A DNA stretch of 55,174 bases from an uncultured Desulfobacteraceae bacterium (GTDB lineage: Bacteria; Desulfobacterota; Desulfobacteria; Desulfobacterales; CAZHA01), in the NCBI GenBank assembly GCA_964572695.1, contig CAZNFS010000001.1, positions 1 through 55,174 on the forward strand, written 5' to 3'. This document shows positions 1 through 9,622 of the stretch, one piece after another. The position numbers were made by a program, and so were the translations under genes. The notes under the pieces were generated by a model. That model was not told where the DNA came from. It saw nothing but the letters and a program-made list of their open reading frames with translations, and made no database searches. Position 1 is the first letter of the stretch. Each line of letters opens with the position of its first letter.

Positions 1-1
1 G

Positions 2-1903
2 GTCGAAGACGTTTCCGGTTATGTGGGGAATTTTAAGGCCCGCATTCGCCAAAAAGCACGTTACGTTCAAGAGCGTGAGTGCACCACCTGTGGCGATTGT
101 GCCGCGGTCTGTCCGGTGGTCGTACCGGATGAATTCCAGATGGGTCTGGGAAGCCGCAATGCCATCTATATCCCTTTTCCGCAGGCGGTTCCATCGGCAT
201 ACATCGTGGCGGCCGAAGAATGCCTGGGACAGAACCCTATCGCGTGCGGCAAGTGTATCGAAGCGTGCGAGAAACGCTGCATTGATTTTGACATGCAGGA
301 CACCATCAGCAACATCGACATCGGTACCATTATCATGGCCACCGGAATGGATCTTTATGACCCCACTGCCATTGATGAATATGGCTACCAGCGCTACCTC
401 AACGTAGTCACGAGTATGGAATTTGAACGCCTGATTTCCACGGGGGGACCACTGGAAGGGCACTTCGGAAGACCTGGAGACCAAAAACGTCCGCAACGGA
501 TCGGATTTGTGCAATGCGTCGGCTCCCGTACCCATGATCCGGACCGCGGCAACCCGTACTGCTCCAATATCTGTTGTATGAATACCATCAAGGGCGCCCA
601 ATATTTGAAGGACAATTACCCGGACACGGAAATTACGGTGTTTTACATGGACTTGCGGGCCTTTGGCAAAGGCTTTGAAGAGCTCTTGACGCGCACCCGG
701 GGGAGCGGGGTTCGATATATTCGGGGTCTTCCCGGTGAGGTCTGCGAAGATCCCGCCAGCGGGAATGTGAGGGTGACGATCGAGAACACGACCGCCAACC
801 GCTTGGAAGACCATGAATTTGAGATGCTGGTCCTGGCGGTCGGCGCAACACCGGCCACCGGAACGGAAGCGGTTCGTCAGCTGGCAGGCCTGTCCAAGTC
901 TCCCAGCGGATTTTTAAAGGAAGCCCATCCCAAACTCCGCCCGGTGGATACGCCGACCAAGGGCATTTTTATTGCCGGTGCCGCAGAGTCTCCCAAAGAT
1001 GTACGCGAGAGCGTTACCCAGGCCGGTGCTGCCAGTGCCCGGGCGGCAACCCTGCTGAACAAGAAAAAATTTGCCGTGGAAGCGATTACGGCCGTAGTGG
1101 ATGAGGATATCTGCAATAAATGCGGGCAGTGTACCAAGGTTTGCCCGGTGGGTGCCATCATTGCAGAGAAAAAACAGGTTGCGCGTGTCATCGGAGCGGC
1201 ATGCCTGGGGTGCGGAAGCTGTTCAGCGGAGTGTAAATTCGGCGCCATCGAAATGCGCCATTTTTCGGATCATGCAATTTATGCGCAGATCGATGCGATT
1301 CTTGAGACCCATCCGCTTGAGAAGGTCGTTACGTTTGCCTGCAATTGGTGTTCTTATGCCGGTGCCGATACGGCCGGTGTCAGCCGCATGGCTTATCCGC
1401 CCGGCGCACGTATTATTCGGACGATGTGTTCGGCCCGGGTGAATCCCGAATTTATCTGGTATGCGTTTAAAAAAGGGGCTCCCCTGGTGTTGGTATCCGG
1501 CTGCCATTTTACCGATTGTCACTATATCGATGCCAACCGCAATACGGTGCGACGTCTGGATGGTCTGTGGGACGGGCTAGAAAAGGCCGGTGTGCGCCCG
1601 GACAGACTCTTATTGGAATGGTGCTCGGCGGCCGAAGGGGTCCGGTGGCAGGACACCATGCAGGCGGCTGAAGAAAAACGCCTGACCATCACCCCGGTCG
1701 AAATCGAGGAGAGCCGTACAGCCCTGGCCAAATCCCGCGTGCCCGGCCCGGGGAATCCAAAGAGCGGGGAGGAAGGCCGGAGCGTCCAATTTGCATGTTT
1801 ACGCTGCGGTTTGGATTGGACCGCCTCTTTGGAACGGGATACGGAACGAATCTGTTCCCAATGCCGCTCCAACAGTGTCCGCTGGATCCGGACGGATAAG
1901 TAA
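2..1903 (+). CDS. hdrA: HdrA-like FAD/[4Fe-4S] oxidoreductase fused to an MvhD/FlpD-type domain; 5' end cut by the window edge
   Basis: The frame is open from nt 2 (VEDVSGYVGNFKA...), so the ATG at 23 is internal. Ferredoxin-type motifs CTTCGDCAAVCP and CNKCGQCTKVCP are present. The block FACNWCSYAGADTAG...SGCHFTDCHY is typical of MvhD. There is an extra Cys4 tail at the C-terminus. Confidence 0.8.
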   Translation, partial: VEDVSGYVGNFKARIRQKARYVQERECTTCGDCAAVCPVVVPDEFQMGLGSRNAIYIPFPQAVPSAYIVAAEECLGQNPIACGKCIEACEKRCIDFDMQDTISNIDIGTIIMATGMDLYDPTAIDEYGYQRYLNVVTSMEFERLISTGGPLEGHFGRPGDQKRPQRIGFVQCVGSRTHDPDRGNPYCSNICCMNTIKGAQYLKDNYPDTEITVFYMDLRAFGKGFEELLTRTRGSGVRYIRGLPGEVCEDPASGNVRVTIENTTANRLEDHEFEMLVLAVGATPATGTEAVRQLAGLSKSPSGFLKEAHPKLRPVDTPTKGIFIAGAAESPKDVRESVTQAGAASARAATLLNKKKFAVEAITAVVDEDICNKCGQCTKVCPVGAIIAEKKQVARVIGAACLGCGSCSAECKFGAIEMRHFSDHAIYAQIDAILETHPLEKVVTFACNWCSYAGADTAGVSRMAYPPGARIIRTMCSARVNPEFIWYAFKKGAPLVLVSGCHFTDCHYIDANRNTVRRLDGLWDGLEKAGVRPDRLLLEWCSAAEGVRWQDTMQAAEEKRLTITPVEIEESRTALAKSRVPGPGNPKSGEEGRSVQFACLRCGLDWTASLERDTERICSQCRSNSVRWIRTDK

Positions 1904-1991
1904 AAAACTTGATTTTAAACGTGCTAAATGAAACAATTCCAGCTTTAAAACGTAAAAAGAGTTATCACAGGCAAGCAAAGGGAATTTCCGT

Positions 1992-2195
1992 ATGGGAAAA
2001 CCAAAGTTAAAGCAGCATCTTATTAACCGCGAATGGTGCAAGGGCTGCGGGATCTGCATCCATTTTTGCCCCAAAAATGTTTTGGAACTGGATGAGAAGG
2101 AAAAGGCGGTTGTGGCACGTAAAGAAGATTGCATTTGCTGTCAGCTCTGTGAACTTCGATGCCCGGATCTGGCCATTGAAGTAACGTGTGAATAG
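1992..2195 (+). CDS. korD: 2-oxoacid:ferredoxin oxidoreductase delta subunit (2x[4Fe-4S] ferredoxin)
   Basis: 67 aa with two CxxCxxCxxxCP motifs (CKGCGICIHFCP, CICCQLCELRCP). It directly precedes the alpha, beta and gamma subunits. Confidence 0.8.
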   Translation: MGKPKLKQHLINREWCKGCGICIHFCPKNVLELDEKEKAVVARKEDCICCQLCELRCPDLAIEVTCE

Positions 2196-2224
2196 AAGAA
2201 AGGCGCTCAGCCAGAGGGATTGAT

Positions 2225-3373
2225 ATGGGTGATAACATCAAATTCGTGCAGGGGAATGAAGCCTGTGTCGAAGGGGCACTATACGCCGGTCTCGATTTTT
2301 TTGCCGGATACCCGATTACGCCGTCCACGGAAATCGCTGAACTGCTGTCGAGCCGTCTGCCCCAAAAAGGAGGCAAGTTTGTGCAGATGGAGGATGAAAT
2401 TGCCTCAGTCTGCGCCATAATCGGAGCCTCTTTAACCGGCAACAAAGTCATGACCGCTACCAGCGGGCCCGGTTTTTCGCTGATGCAGGAAGCTTTAGGA
2501 TATGCGATCATGACCGAAATTCCGTGTGTGATTGTGAACGTCCAACGCGGCGGCCCGTCCACCGGTCTGCCGACCAGTGTGAGTCAGGGTGATGTCAACC
2601 AAGCCAGATGGGGAACCCATGGCGACCACGCCATTATCGCCTTGACGGCTTCGAATCACCAGGATGTGTTCAGCATGACCGTGGATGCCTTCAACCTCTC
2701 TGAGACGTACCGCACGCCGGTGATCCTTCTCTTTGATGAAGTCGTCGGGCACATGCGCGAACGGTTGATTGTTCCGGCGCAAGATGAAATTGCGCTGGTA
2801 AAACGACTGCGGACATCGGTTAAGGAGGGGGTGGACTATCACCCCTATCTGCCGCGTGAAGATGGGCGTCTGCCCATGTCTGATTTCGGAGGCGTTCACC
2901 GCTACAACGTAACCGGGCTTTTTCACGATATGTGGGGGTTTCCTTCAAACAATCCCGATGTTGTCAAAGGGCTTACGCGCCATCTGACCGACAAGATCGA
3001 AAACAATCGCAATGAGATCACACGCTATAAAAAGTACTTTATGGAAGATGCCGAATGTGTGCTTATCGCCTACGGTTCTCCGGCCCGATCGGCCCTGCAT
3101 GTGGCCGAATACCTCCGCAACCGAAATGAGAAAATCGGACTTCTGGAACTTCAGACGCTCTGGCCTTTTCCAGGTGAGATGGTGAGGGCGGAATGCGCCG
3201 GTGCCAATTACATTGTGGTGGTGGAATTAAACATGGGGCAAATCGTGCATGCCGTCAAGATGGCTGTCGAAAATCCCGAGAAGGTGTTTTTGGCCAACCG
3301 TATTGACGGGGTTTTTATAACCCCGGATGATATTCGTAATATTATGCGACTGGTTCAGGGAAAGGGGGTTTAG
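2225..3373 (+). CDS. korA: 2-oxoacid (probably 2-oxoglutarate):ferredoxin oxidoreductase alpha subunit
   Basis: 382 aa. The N-terminal GNEACVEGALYAG..FFAGYPITPSTEI signature marks OFOR alpha subunits. The D-A-B-C gene order matches OorDABC/Kor. Confidence 0.85.
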   Translation: MGDNIKFVQGNEACVEGALYAGLDFFAGYPITPSTEIAELLSSRLPQKGGKFVQMEDEIASVCAIIGASLTGNKVMTATSGPGFSLMQEALGYAIMTEIPCVIVNVQRGGPSTGLPTSVSQGDVNQARWGTHGDHAIIALTASNHQDVFSMTVDAFNLSETYRTPVILLFDEVVGHMRERLIVPAQDEIALVKRLRTSVKEGVDYHPYLPREDGRLPMSDFGGVHRYNVTGLFHDMWGFPSNNPDVVKGLTRHLTDKIENNRNEITRYKKYFMEDAECVLIAYGSPARSALHVAEYLRNRNEKIGLLELQTLWPFPGEMVRAECAGANYIVVVELNMGQIVHAVKMAVENPEKVFLANRIDGVFITPDDIRNIMRLVQGKGV

Positions 3374-3376
3374 GCG

Positions 3377-4183
3377 ATGGCGGTCAGAGGGTACCTGCGG
3401 GAACGATTTTTCCCGCACATGTGGTGCTCGGGATGCGGTCACGGGATCGTTCTCAATAGTCTCATCCGGGCGATCGAAAAGCTGGGTTTTAGCAGAAATG
3501 AAATTGTCATGGTGTCGGGGATCGGCTGTTCGTCGAGGATTTCGGGTTACGTGGACTTTCACACCCTGCACACCATCCACGGGCGTGCCCTGGCCTTTGC
3601 CACCGGCGTTAAAATGGGACGTCCTGAATTGAACATCATTGTACCCATGGGTGATGGCGATGCCCTGGCGATCGGCGGGAATCATTTTATTCATGCCGCC
3701 CGCCGGAATATCGACATGACGGCTATCATCATGAATAACCGCATCTACGGCATGACGGGCGGACAATTTTCACCGTTGTCGGGATACGGGACCATGGCCA
3801 CGACGGCGCCCTACGCAAACATCGATCATGATTTTGACCCCGTCGAACTTTCCAGGTCGGCCGGGGCGTCTTTTGTAGCCCGCACGACAACCTATCATGT
3901 GAAGCAGATGACCGATATTTTAAAAGAGGCCATCCTGCACGAAGGTTTTTCCGTAGTTGAAGTTCTCTCCCAGTGCCCGACTTATTTTGGGAGGAAAAAC
4001 CGTTTGGGCGGCGCCGTTGAAATGATGGATTTTTACAAACGTCAGACCACGCCGATCGGTTCCAAAGCCAAAGCCAAAAACCCCGATCTCATCGAACGCG
4101 GCATCTTTATCCAAAAGGAAATGCCCGAGTATTGCAATGAATATGAAAAGGTTATTCAACGCGCAATGAAAGGGAGAGCCTAA
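3377..4183 (+). CDS. korB: 2-oxoacid:ferredoxin oxidoreductase beta subunit (TPP-binding)
   Basis: WCSGCGHG, GIGCSSR and GDGDALAIGGNH motifs of the TPP/FeS beta subunit. Confidence 0.85.
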   Translation: MAVRGYLRERFFPHMWCSGCGHGIVLNSLIRAIEKLGFSRNEIVMVSGIGCSSRISGYVDFHTLHTIHGRALAFATGVKMGRPELNIIVPMGDGDALAIGGNHFIHAARRNIDMTAIIMNNRIYGMTGGQFSPLSGYGTMATTAPYANIDHDFDPVELSRSAGASFVARTTTYHVKQMTDILKEAILHEGFSVVEVLSQCPTYFGRKNRLGGAVEMMDFYKRQTTPIGSKAKAKNPDLIERGIFIQKEMPEYCNEYEKVIQRAMKGRA

Positions 4184-4743
4184 TGGAAAGGTGCCGCATG
4201 GTATTTTCCGGATCCGGCGGGCAGGGCGTCATTACCGCATCCATCATACTGGCCGAAGCTGCCGTTCTGTTCGAAAATTTGAATGCCCTTCAATCACAAA
4301 CCTACGGGCCCGAGGCCCGGGGCGGAGCAACGCGCAGCGATGTCATCATTTCCGACTCCGAAATCCATTATCCCAAGGTAATCCAGCCCAATATCCTCGT
4401 TTGCCTGACCCAGGCGGCGTACAATAAATACTATTCCATAATCCGACCCGGGGGGCTCCTTATCACCGATAGTCGTTTCGTTAAAATTGCACAAAAGGTG
4501 GATGCACGGCAGCGAGAGTTGCCGCTTTTCCGCAGCGTCATGGATGAAATCGGTCGACCCATCGTGTTCAATGTATGTATGCTGGGAGCGGTGGTCGAGC
4601 TAACCGATCTGGTCGCTGCCGACTCGATCATGAAAGTATTAAAAAGCCGCATCCCGCCTGATTTTATAAAATTGAATCAAAAGGCGCTCCATTTAGGTGC
4701 CAAGCTGGCCCAGCGCTTTAAGACGGGGACCTACCGGCGGTAA
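4183..4743 (+). CDS. korC: 2-oxoacid:ferredoxin oxidoreductase gamma subunit
   Basis: 186 aa with FSGSGGQGVITAS...TYGPEARGGATRSDV. The start overlaps the korB stop (TAATG). Confidence 0.8.
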   Translation: MERCRMVFSGSGGQGVITASIILAEAAVLFENLNALQSQTYGPEARGGATRSDVIISDSEIHYPKVIQPNILVCLTQAAYNKYYSIIRPGGLLITDSRFVKIAQKVDARQRELPLFRSVMDEIGRPIVFNVCMLGAVVELTDLVAADSIMKVLKSRIPPDFIKLNQKALHLGAKLAQRFKTGTYRR

Positions 4744-5333
4744 TGGAACGCAGCAATCCTTACCTGCTTGTTTTTGCGAGAGTTGTTATCGGGCTTTGCT
4801 TATACCCCTTTTACCACCTTCAAATCCGGGGCAGGGAGAATCTGCCGCAGGACAAAGCGTTTATTCTTTTACCCAAACATCAGCGCTGGGAAGATATTCC
4901 TTTGCTTGGTTTGGCCACCCCGTATACCCTCTATTATGTTGCCAAACATGAGCTTTTCTTAAATCCGGTTAATAAATGGCTGATTTCCGCTTTGGGAGGG
5001 ATTCCTCTGAATCGCAAACGGCCGATTGAAAGCCGCCGGGCGCTGAAGCAGATGATAGCGGTTTTAAAATATGGAGAAGGGCTCGCTATATTCCCGGAAG
5101 GAACTTATTATAACGAGCACATGGGACCGGGACGTGTGGGGCTGATCAGAATGGTTTCAACCCGATTTGCGCTGCCGTTTATTCCGGTTGGGATCCGATA
5201 TCCAAAAGGCGGGATCAGGGCCCGGGTGCAGATAAACTTCGGGACACCGATCTATAACGACACCTCAGTCGCGGCCGATCAGTTTGTCCATCGCATCATG
5301 CAGGAAATCGCCCAATTATCCAGTTTAAGCTAA
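4743..5333 (+). CDS. Lysophospholipid (1-acyl-sn-glycerol-3-phosphate) acyltransferase family protein
   Basis: HX4D motif (KHQRWED) and FPEGT motif. N-terminal hydrophobic segment. The start overlaps the preceding stop. Confidence 0.75.
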   Translation: MERSNPYLLVFARVVIGLCLYPFYHLQIRGRENLPQDKAFILLPKHQRWEDIPLLGLATPYTLYYVAKHELFLNPVNKWLISALGGIPLNRKRPIESRRALKQMIAVLKYGEGLAIFPEGTYYNEHMGPGRVGLIRMVSTRFALPFIPVGIRYPKGGIRARVQINFGTPIYNDTSVAADQFVHRIMQEIAQLSSLS

Positions 5334-5359
5334 TAAACTGCAACAGTGAACACATCAAA

Positions 5360-6544
5360 ATGAATCGCTCAAAACCGCCAGAGCCGCATGAGCCGGCGGG
5401 GATTTATGTCCACATTCCTTTTTGTAGTCGGAAATGTCCCTACTGCGATTTCTATTCCATTACCGCCCTCGATTTGATGCAAAGATTTGTTCCGGCGTTG
5501 AAACAGGAGATGACACTTGTTGCCGCAGAACTTTCGCGGTTTGATACGGTGTACCTCGGGGGTGGAACCCCCTCGCTTTTCAAGGCGGCTTTGATCGACG
5601 AAATTATAGATACCGCTCAGCGGTTGTTTCCCATCATGCCGGCGGCAGAGATCACTATAGAGGTGAATCCGGGTACTGTAACGGCTGCAGAATTAAAAAA
5701 CTATCGAAACGTCGGGGTAAACCGCATCAATATCGGCGTGCAATCGTTTCAGGATAAAAATCTAAAGTTTTTAGGCCGGATCCATACCGCTCAAGAGGCG
5801 CTTAAAGCGTTTAAAATGGCCCGCAGGGCCGGCTTTAATAACATCGGCCTTGATCTCATCTATGCAATCCCGGGCCAGACCAAAACCTCATGGCTCCGGG
5901 ATATGGAAACTGCCATCGCATTGGAGCCCGAACATCTCTCGGCCTATACGCTGACTTATGAACCGGGGACACCGATATATGCGAATCTTGAGGCAAAGCG
6001 GTTTGCCCCCCTAACGGACCGATCGGTTGCCGAAATGATTGAAACGACCGTTTCGTATTTAACCGGACAGGGTTATATCCATTACGAAATTTCCAACTTT
6101 GCCCGGTCGAGTGAAACACGGTCCAAACATAATCAGAAGTACTGGTCGCACATACCCTATATCGGATTCGGGCCTTCGGCGCATTCCTTTGTGAAGAACA
6201 ATCGGTCCTGGAATTATTCTGATACGGAACGCTACATCGACGAGGTCGAAAGCGGTGTTCTGCCTCTTGAAGGACAGGAAATCCTGACTGAGGAACAGCG
6301 CCTAATCGAAACGATCTATCTGGGGCTAAGAAAATCCGAGGGAATCGATTTGAATCGGTTTCAGGCCGTATTCGGTAAAACGCTGATGGTGAAGCTGGAT
6401 GAGATTATTGAGCCTCTGAGAGAGAAGGGGTATATTGACGACACCCCTGGGCGATGGGCTCTTACCCCAGAAGGGATGCAGAGGCACGAGAGTATCACCC
6501 AATACATCATAAATCCCAAATTCCAAGCACCAAATTCCAAATAA
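5360..6544 (+). CDS. hemW: Radical SAM heme chaperone HemW / HemN-like oxygen-independent coproporphyrinogen oxidase family
   Basis: YVHIPFCSRKCPYCDF (CxxxCxxC) and GGGTPS motifs, 394 aa. The last 11 codons and the stop lie inside the tandem repeat at 6511. Confidence 0.85.
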   Translation: MNRSKPPEPHEPAGIYVHIPFCSRKCPYCDFYSITALDLMQRFVPALKQEMTLVAAELSRFDTVYLGGGTPSLFKAALIDEIIDTAQRLFPIMPAAEITIEVNPGTVTAAELKNYRNVGVNRINIGVQSFQDKNLKFLGRIHTAQEALKAFKMARRAGFNNIGLDLIYAIPGQTKTSWLRDMETAIALEPEHLSAYTLTYEPGTPIYANLEAKRFAPLTDRSVAEMIETTVSYLTGQGYIHYEISNFARSSETRSKHNQKYWSHIPYIGFGPSAHSFVKNNRSWNYSDTERYIDEVESGVLPLEGQEILTEEQRLIETIYLGLRKSEGIDLNRFQAVFGKTLMVKLDEIIEPLREKGYIDDTPGRWALTPEGMQRHESITQYIINPKFQAPNSK

Positions 6545-6574
6545 ATCCCAAATTCCAAGCATCAAATTCCAAAT
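6511..6574. repeat. Tandem direct repeat, 2 x 32 bp (aaatcccaaattccaagcaccaaattccaaat), 1 mismatch
   Basis: Read directly: copies at 6511-6542 and 6543-6574. The sub-motif ccaaattccaa occurs four times. Confidence 0.95.
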
Positions 6575-6594
6575 CGTATACGGTGTTTGTTTTT

Positions 6595-6626
6595 ATCCAT
6601 TACTCCACTTATCCATCACTCCACTT
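6595..6626. repeat. Tandem direct repeat, 2 x 16 bp (atccattactccactt / atccatcactccactt)
   Basis: Read directly: one mismatch between the units. Confidence 0.95.
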
Positions 6627-6748
6627 TTTTGTCTTTCATTCGACGTTCGATGTTCATTTTTTCGGTTTCAGACTAGTTGTTTGAGATTTCGGTCATTAGT
6701 ATTTGTTTGTTATTTGAGATTTGTGATTTGAAATTTCCGCTATCTTAG

Positions 6749-8659
6749 TCAGCGGCCCCTGAGTTTGCGGATATCGCCGATTCGGATGGTGACATTGGCG
6801 GCATCAAAATGTTCGATCAGGGGGATGACAAATTTCCGCGAGGCACCCGTCATCTCTTTAAACTGTGGTGTTGTGATCTCGGTGTTGCGTATGAGAAAAT
6901 CGGTTAGCTGTTGTTTCAATTCTGCTACAGCTTCGGCAGAAAAGTAAAGATCTTCCTTGACTTTCACGAGCTGTCCTTCATCGACAAGCAGCATAAGAAC
7001 ATCTTTGGCCGACTCCGGATCGATACCGAGGTCCTGGCGGATTTCTTTAAAATAGGGCGGTTGAAGGCCACCGGTGCGATAGACGCTTAAAATCTTTTGG
7101 CGGAGATCGGCCTGGTCACCTTTGAGCGCGATTTTGTGTGCGGACAGCCGAAGCGTATCTTCTTCGACTACAATTTCCCGGTGTTTACTCAAATGGTTGA
7201 GGATCAGATGATAAAGCTTAACGCCGAGGGTGGGCGGAAATTTTGATTTGAGTTCTTCTTTGGGCATGCCTCCTTTAAGGGGGTTGGCATGGTGGTAATT
7301 TCCCAGGTTTCCAGCCACATCCTTTTTTAGTTTCTCAAGTGTGTGCGCATGAATAAAAGTTCTTTTTTCCTTATCCGATTGGATCAGGGTGCGGGTCGAA
7401 AGAAATTCCTGGATCACCTTCTGTAACTCCTTCTCAGGCAGATTGGTCATAATCAGTAAATCAGAAAAGGAAACGCCCCGGTATCCCGATTCCCGGGCGT
7501 GATGCGAAATGACATCGGCGGGTGAACTTTTAGAAAGCGCTGTCAATCCCTCCACGACTTTGGGGATAAAACGCTTATGTTTGCGGGGAATCGGGTTTAG
7601 AATCTGGCCTCCCCCGATGGTTCTGACCGGAGAATAGCTTCGAATCACAAAGCGGTCATCCCGCACCACCGCAACGGGTGCCTTGAGCCTGATTTGGACT
7701 GCCGCGGACTGGCCGGGCGACAGCTCCTTACGATCAAGTAAAATCAGGTGCCCCAGGATTTCACTGGTGCTGGTGTGAAAACGGACAAGGGTCCGATTTT
7801 TAATCGGCTTGGAGTTGCTTTTCAGAAAATGAAGCGAGACATCTATCATATAGCTCGGTTTCAGAGCATCCCGGCCTGCAATGACATCTCCGCGATTTAC
7901 CGCGATTTTTTCAAGACCCTGAAAATTGATTGCCGTCCGCATCCCGGCCTGGGCCTGGTCGACATTGCGATTGTGGACTTGAATCCCTCTGACTTTGGAA
8001 GAAGTCCGAGACGGATACAGCATCACGACGTCACCAACGCGGGTGAGACCGGAAATCAGCGTGCCGGTGATCACCGTCCCGAAGCCTTTCATTGTAAAAA
8101 CACGGTCGACAGGGAGTCGAAAAATACCCGCTGATTGGCGGCTGGGAATTTCGGCGCTCAAATCATCGAGGGTCTTTAGCAATTCAGGTATTCCTTCACC
8201 GTTGAGAGAAGAAACAGGCACAATCGGTCTGTCTTCCAAAAATGTTCCTTCTGTAAAGTCCCTGATATCCTCGGTTACCAGCTCAAGCCATTCCTGATCT
8301 ACAAGATCGACCTTGGATAGAACGACAAGGCCGTGCTTGACGCCCAAAAGGGTGCAAATTTCCATGTGCTCTTTGGTCTGGGGCATGACACCTTCATCGG
8401 CGGCGATCACCATGGCGACGATATCGATCCCGGTGGCACCGGCCACCATATTTTTGATGAATTTTTCGTGTCCGGGTACATCGACAATGCCGAGGTGCTG
8501 GCCGCTGGGCAAAACCAGTGATGCAAAACCGAGTTCAATGGTGATCCCGCGTTCCTTTTCTTCTTTCAACCGATCGGTCTCGACACCGGAAATTGCTTTG
8601 ATAAGGGCGGTTTTACCATGGTCGATATGGCCGGCCGTACCGAGAATAATCTGTTTCAC
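6749..8659 (-). CDS. selB: Selenocysteine-specific translation elongation factor SelB
   Basis: GTG start with a GAGGAG RBS. GTPase motifs [13 protein letters not shown] and SKVD. Long winged-helix C-terminal extension, 636 aa. Confidence 0.9.
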   Translation of the reverse strand: MKQIILGTAGHIDHGKTALIKAISGVETDRLKEEKERGITIELGFASLVLPSGQHLGIVDVPGHEKFIKNMVAGATGIDIVAMVIAADEGVMPQTKEHMEICTLLGVKHGLVVLSKVDLVDQEWLELVTEDIRDFTEGTFLEDRPIVPVSSLNGEGIPELLKTLDDLSAEIPSRQSAGIFRLPVDRVFTMKGFGTVITGTLISGLTRVGDVVMLYPSRTSSKVRGIQVHNRNVDQAQAGMRTAINFQGLEKIAVNRGDVIAGRDALKPSYMIDVSLHFLKSNSKPIKNRTLVRFHTSTSEILGHLILLDRKELSPGQSAAVQIRLKAPVAVVRDDRFVIRSYSPVRTIGGGQILNPIPRKHKRFIPKVVEGLTALSKSSPADVISHHARESGYRGVSFSDLLIMTNLPEKELQKVIQEFLSTRTLIQSDKEKRTFIHAHTLEKLKKDVAGNLGNYHHANPLKGGMPKEELKSKFPPTLGVKLYHLILNHLSKHREIVVEEDTLRLSAHKIALKGDQADLRQKILSVYRTGGLQPPYFKEIRQDLGIDPESAKDVLMLLVDEGQLVKVKEDLYFSAEAVAELKQQLTDFLIRNTEITTPQFKEMTGASRKFVIPLIEHFDAANVTIRIGDIRKLRGR

Positions 8660-8773
8660 AGAGGTTGCTCCTCATTTTTGATTGACCGCAAGGATGATCT
8701 TTTTTCTTTGCCGCCCTCTCAGCGGCAAAGAAAATGCATGTTCTCAGCGCTCTTTGCGGCTCTGCAGCGACAT

Positions 8774-8947
8774 TTATTTTCGTCCGCGTTTGCGCAGGTA
8801 TTCCGAAAAATAGGCCAGTCCCACCAAAATGACGGCCAATCCAATAATGTAGATCAGTTTTGCATGGGGATAGAAAAAGCGTGTTAAAACAACGGCAAAC
8901 ACAAGCCCTAGGATGGCTCGAATAACAAACATATGAAAACTGGTCAT
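8774..8947 (-). CDS. Hypothetical small membrane protein (57 aa, two predicted TM helices)
   Basis: Hand-translated, below the ORF-track cutoff: MTSFHMFVIRAILGLVFAVVLTRFFYPHAKLIYIIGLAVILVGLAYFSEYLRKRGRK. Weak RBS (GGA). Confidence 0.4.
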   Translation of the reverse strand: MTSFHMFVIRAILGLVFAVVLTRFFYPHAKLIYIIGLAVILVGLAYFSEYLRKRGRK

Positions 8948-9057
8948 ATTAAATCCTATCTGATTTATGACTATGCGCCAGCTTATTAAAGTTGACTGGG
9001 AGGGTCAATACCAAGTTTTTGACAGGAAAAGCCGATGCGGATTTGGAATAAAACTAC

Positions 9058-9086
9058 TTGAAATCAACTCGGCGAAGTGTTAGTTT
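9058..9086 (+). promoter_or_regulatory. Candidate sigma70 promoter for the tRNA-His/tRNA-Arg pair
   Basis: TTGAAA - 17 nt - TAGTTT, about 110 nt upstream of tRNA-His. Confidence 0.35.
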
Positions 9087-9198
9087 CGCGTCGCCACTGG
9101 TTATCAGATAAAGGGTGACGGATATACAAACAACCCTCTAATCCGCAGCCCAAAATCTGTGCCGCGCATCCGTCAGGATAGATCCAAAACGCCGTTAC

Positions 9199-9275
9199 GG
9201 TGGGTGTAGCTCAGTTGGTAGAGCACCGGGTTGTGGCCCCGGTTGTCGCGGGTTCAATCCCCGTCACTCACCCCA
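9199..9275 (+). tRNA. tRNA-His (anticodon GTG)
   Basis: Cloverleaf folded by hand. G-1 is paired with C73. Acceptor GTGGGTG/CACTCAC, D arm GCTC..GAGC, anticodon loop TTGTGGC, T arm GCGGG TTCAATC CCCGT. CCA is encoded. Confidence 0.9.
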
Positions 9276-9284
9276 TTTTTTTCT

Positions 9285-9361
<77 letters not shown>

Positions 9362-9373
9362 TAAAATAGATAT

Positions 9374-9405
9374 AACGGGGTTGAATCTCGGCCCCGTTTG
9401 TTTTT
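9374..9405 (+). terminator. Rho-independent terminator after the tRNA pair, possibly bidirectional
   Basis: Stem AACGGGG/CCCCGTT with an 11-nt loop, followed by TGTTTTT. It lies between tRNA-Arg and a convergent small gene. Confidence 0.6.
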
Positions 9406-9427
9406 GGACCCATATAAACAGTGCTGA

Positions 9428-9622
9428 TTATGGCCGGCCGGCTTTACCTCCAACAACATTTACAGGAAGCGTCTTCGAGACGGATGTTCCGCCAATGCTT
9501 ACGATGTCGACCTGTTGAACATCTTTTTTGGCATCGGCATTTGGAATAGAGTTAAAAGAAAGCACAATCAAACAGATTGCAATGATAGTCAAAACGACCT
9601 TTGAATAAAGATCATTACGCAT
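9428..9622 (-). CDS. Hypothetical small secreted or membrane-anchored protein (64 aa)
   Basis: The ORF was trimmed to an internal ATG preceded by a strong RBS (AAGGAGGG). The N-terminus is hydrophobic: MRNDLYSKVVLTIIAICLIVLSFNS. Confidence 0.55.
   Translation of the reverse strand: MRNDLYSKVVLTIIAICLIVLSFNSIPNADAKKDVQQVDIVSIGGTSVSKTLPVNVVGGKAGRP

Noticed and set aside
2023-3766. Long antisense ORFs lie inside the kor genes (2023-2562 and 3227-3766, minus strand). Similar shadow ORFs lie elsewhere, for example 25460-25969, 26606-27028, 33539-33934, 36539-36928 and 42753-43274.
   Set aside because: Each lies entirely within a confidently identified gene on the opposite strand. Their translations are low complexity (Arg/Pro/Ser/Gly-rich) with no recognisable motifs, which is typical of shadow ORFs in moderately GC-rich DNA.
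6511-6626. I considered whether the tandem repeats in the hemW-selB spacer form a CRISPR array.
   Set aside because: The repeats are directly adjacent without unique spacers, there are only two copies each, they are low complexity, and no cas genes are nearby.
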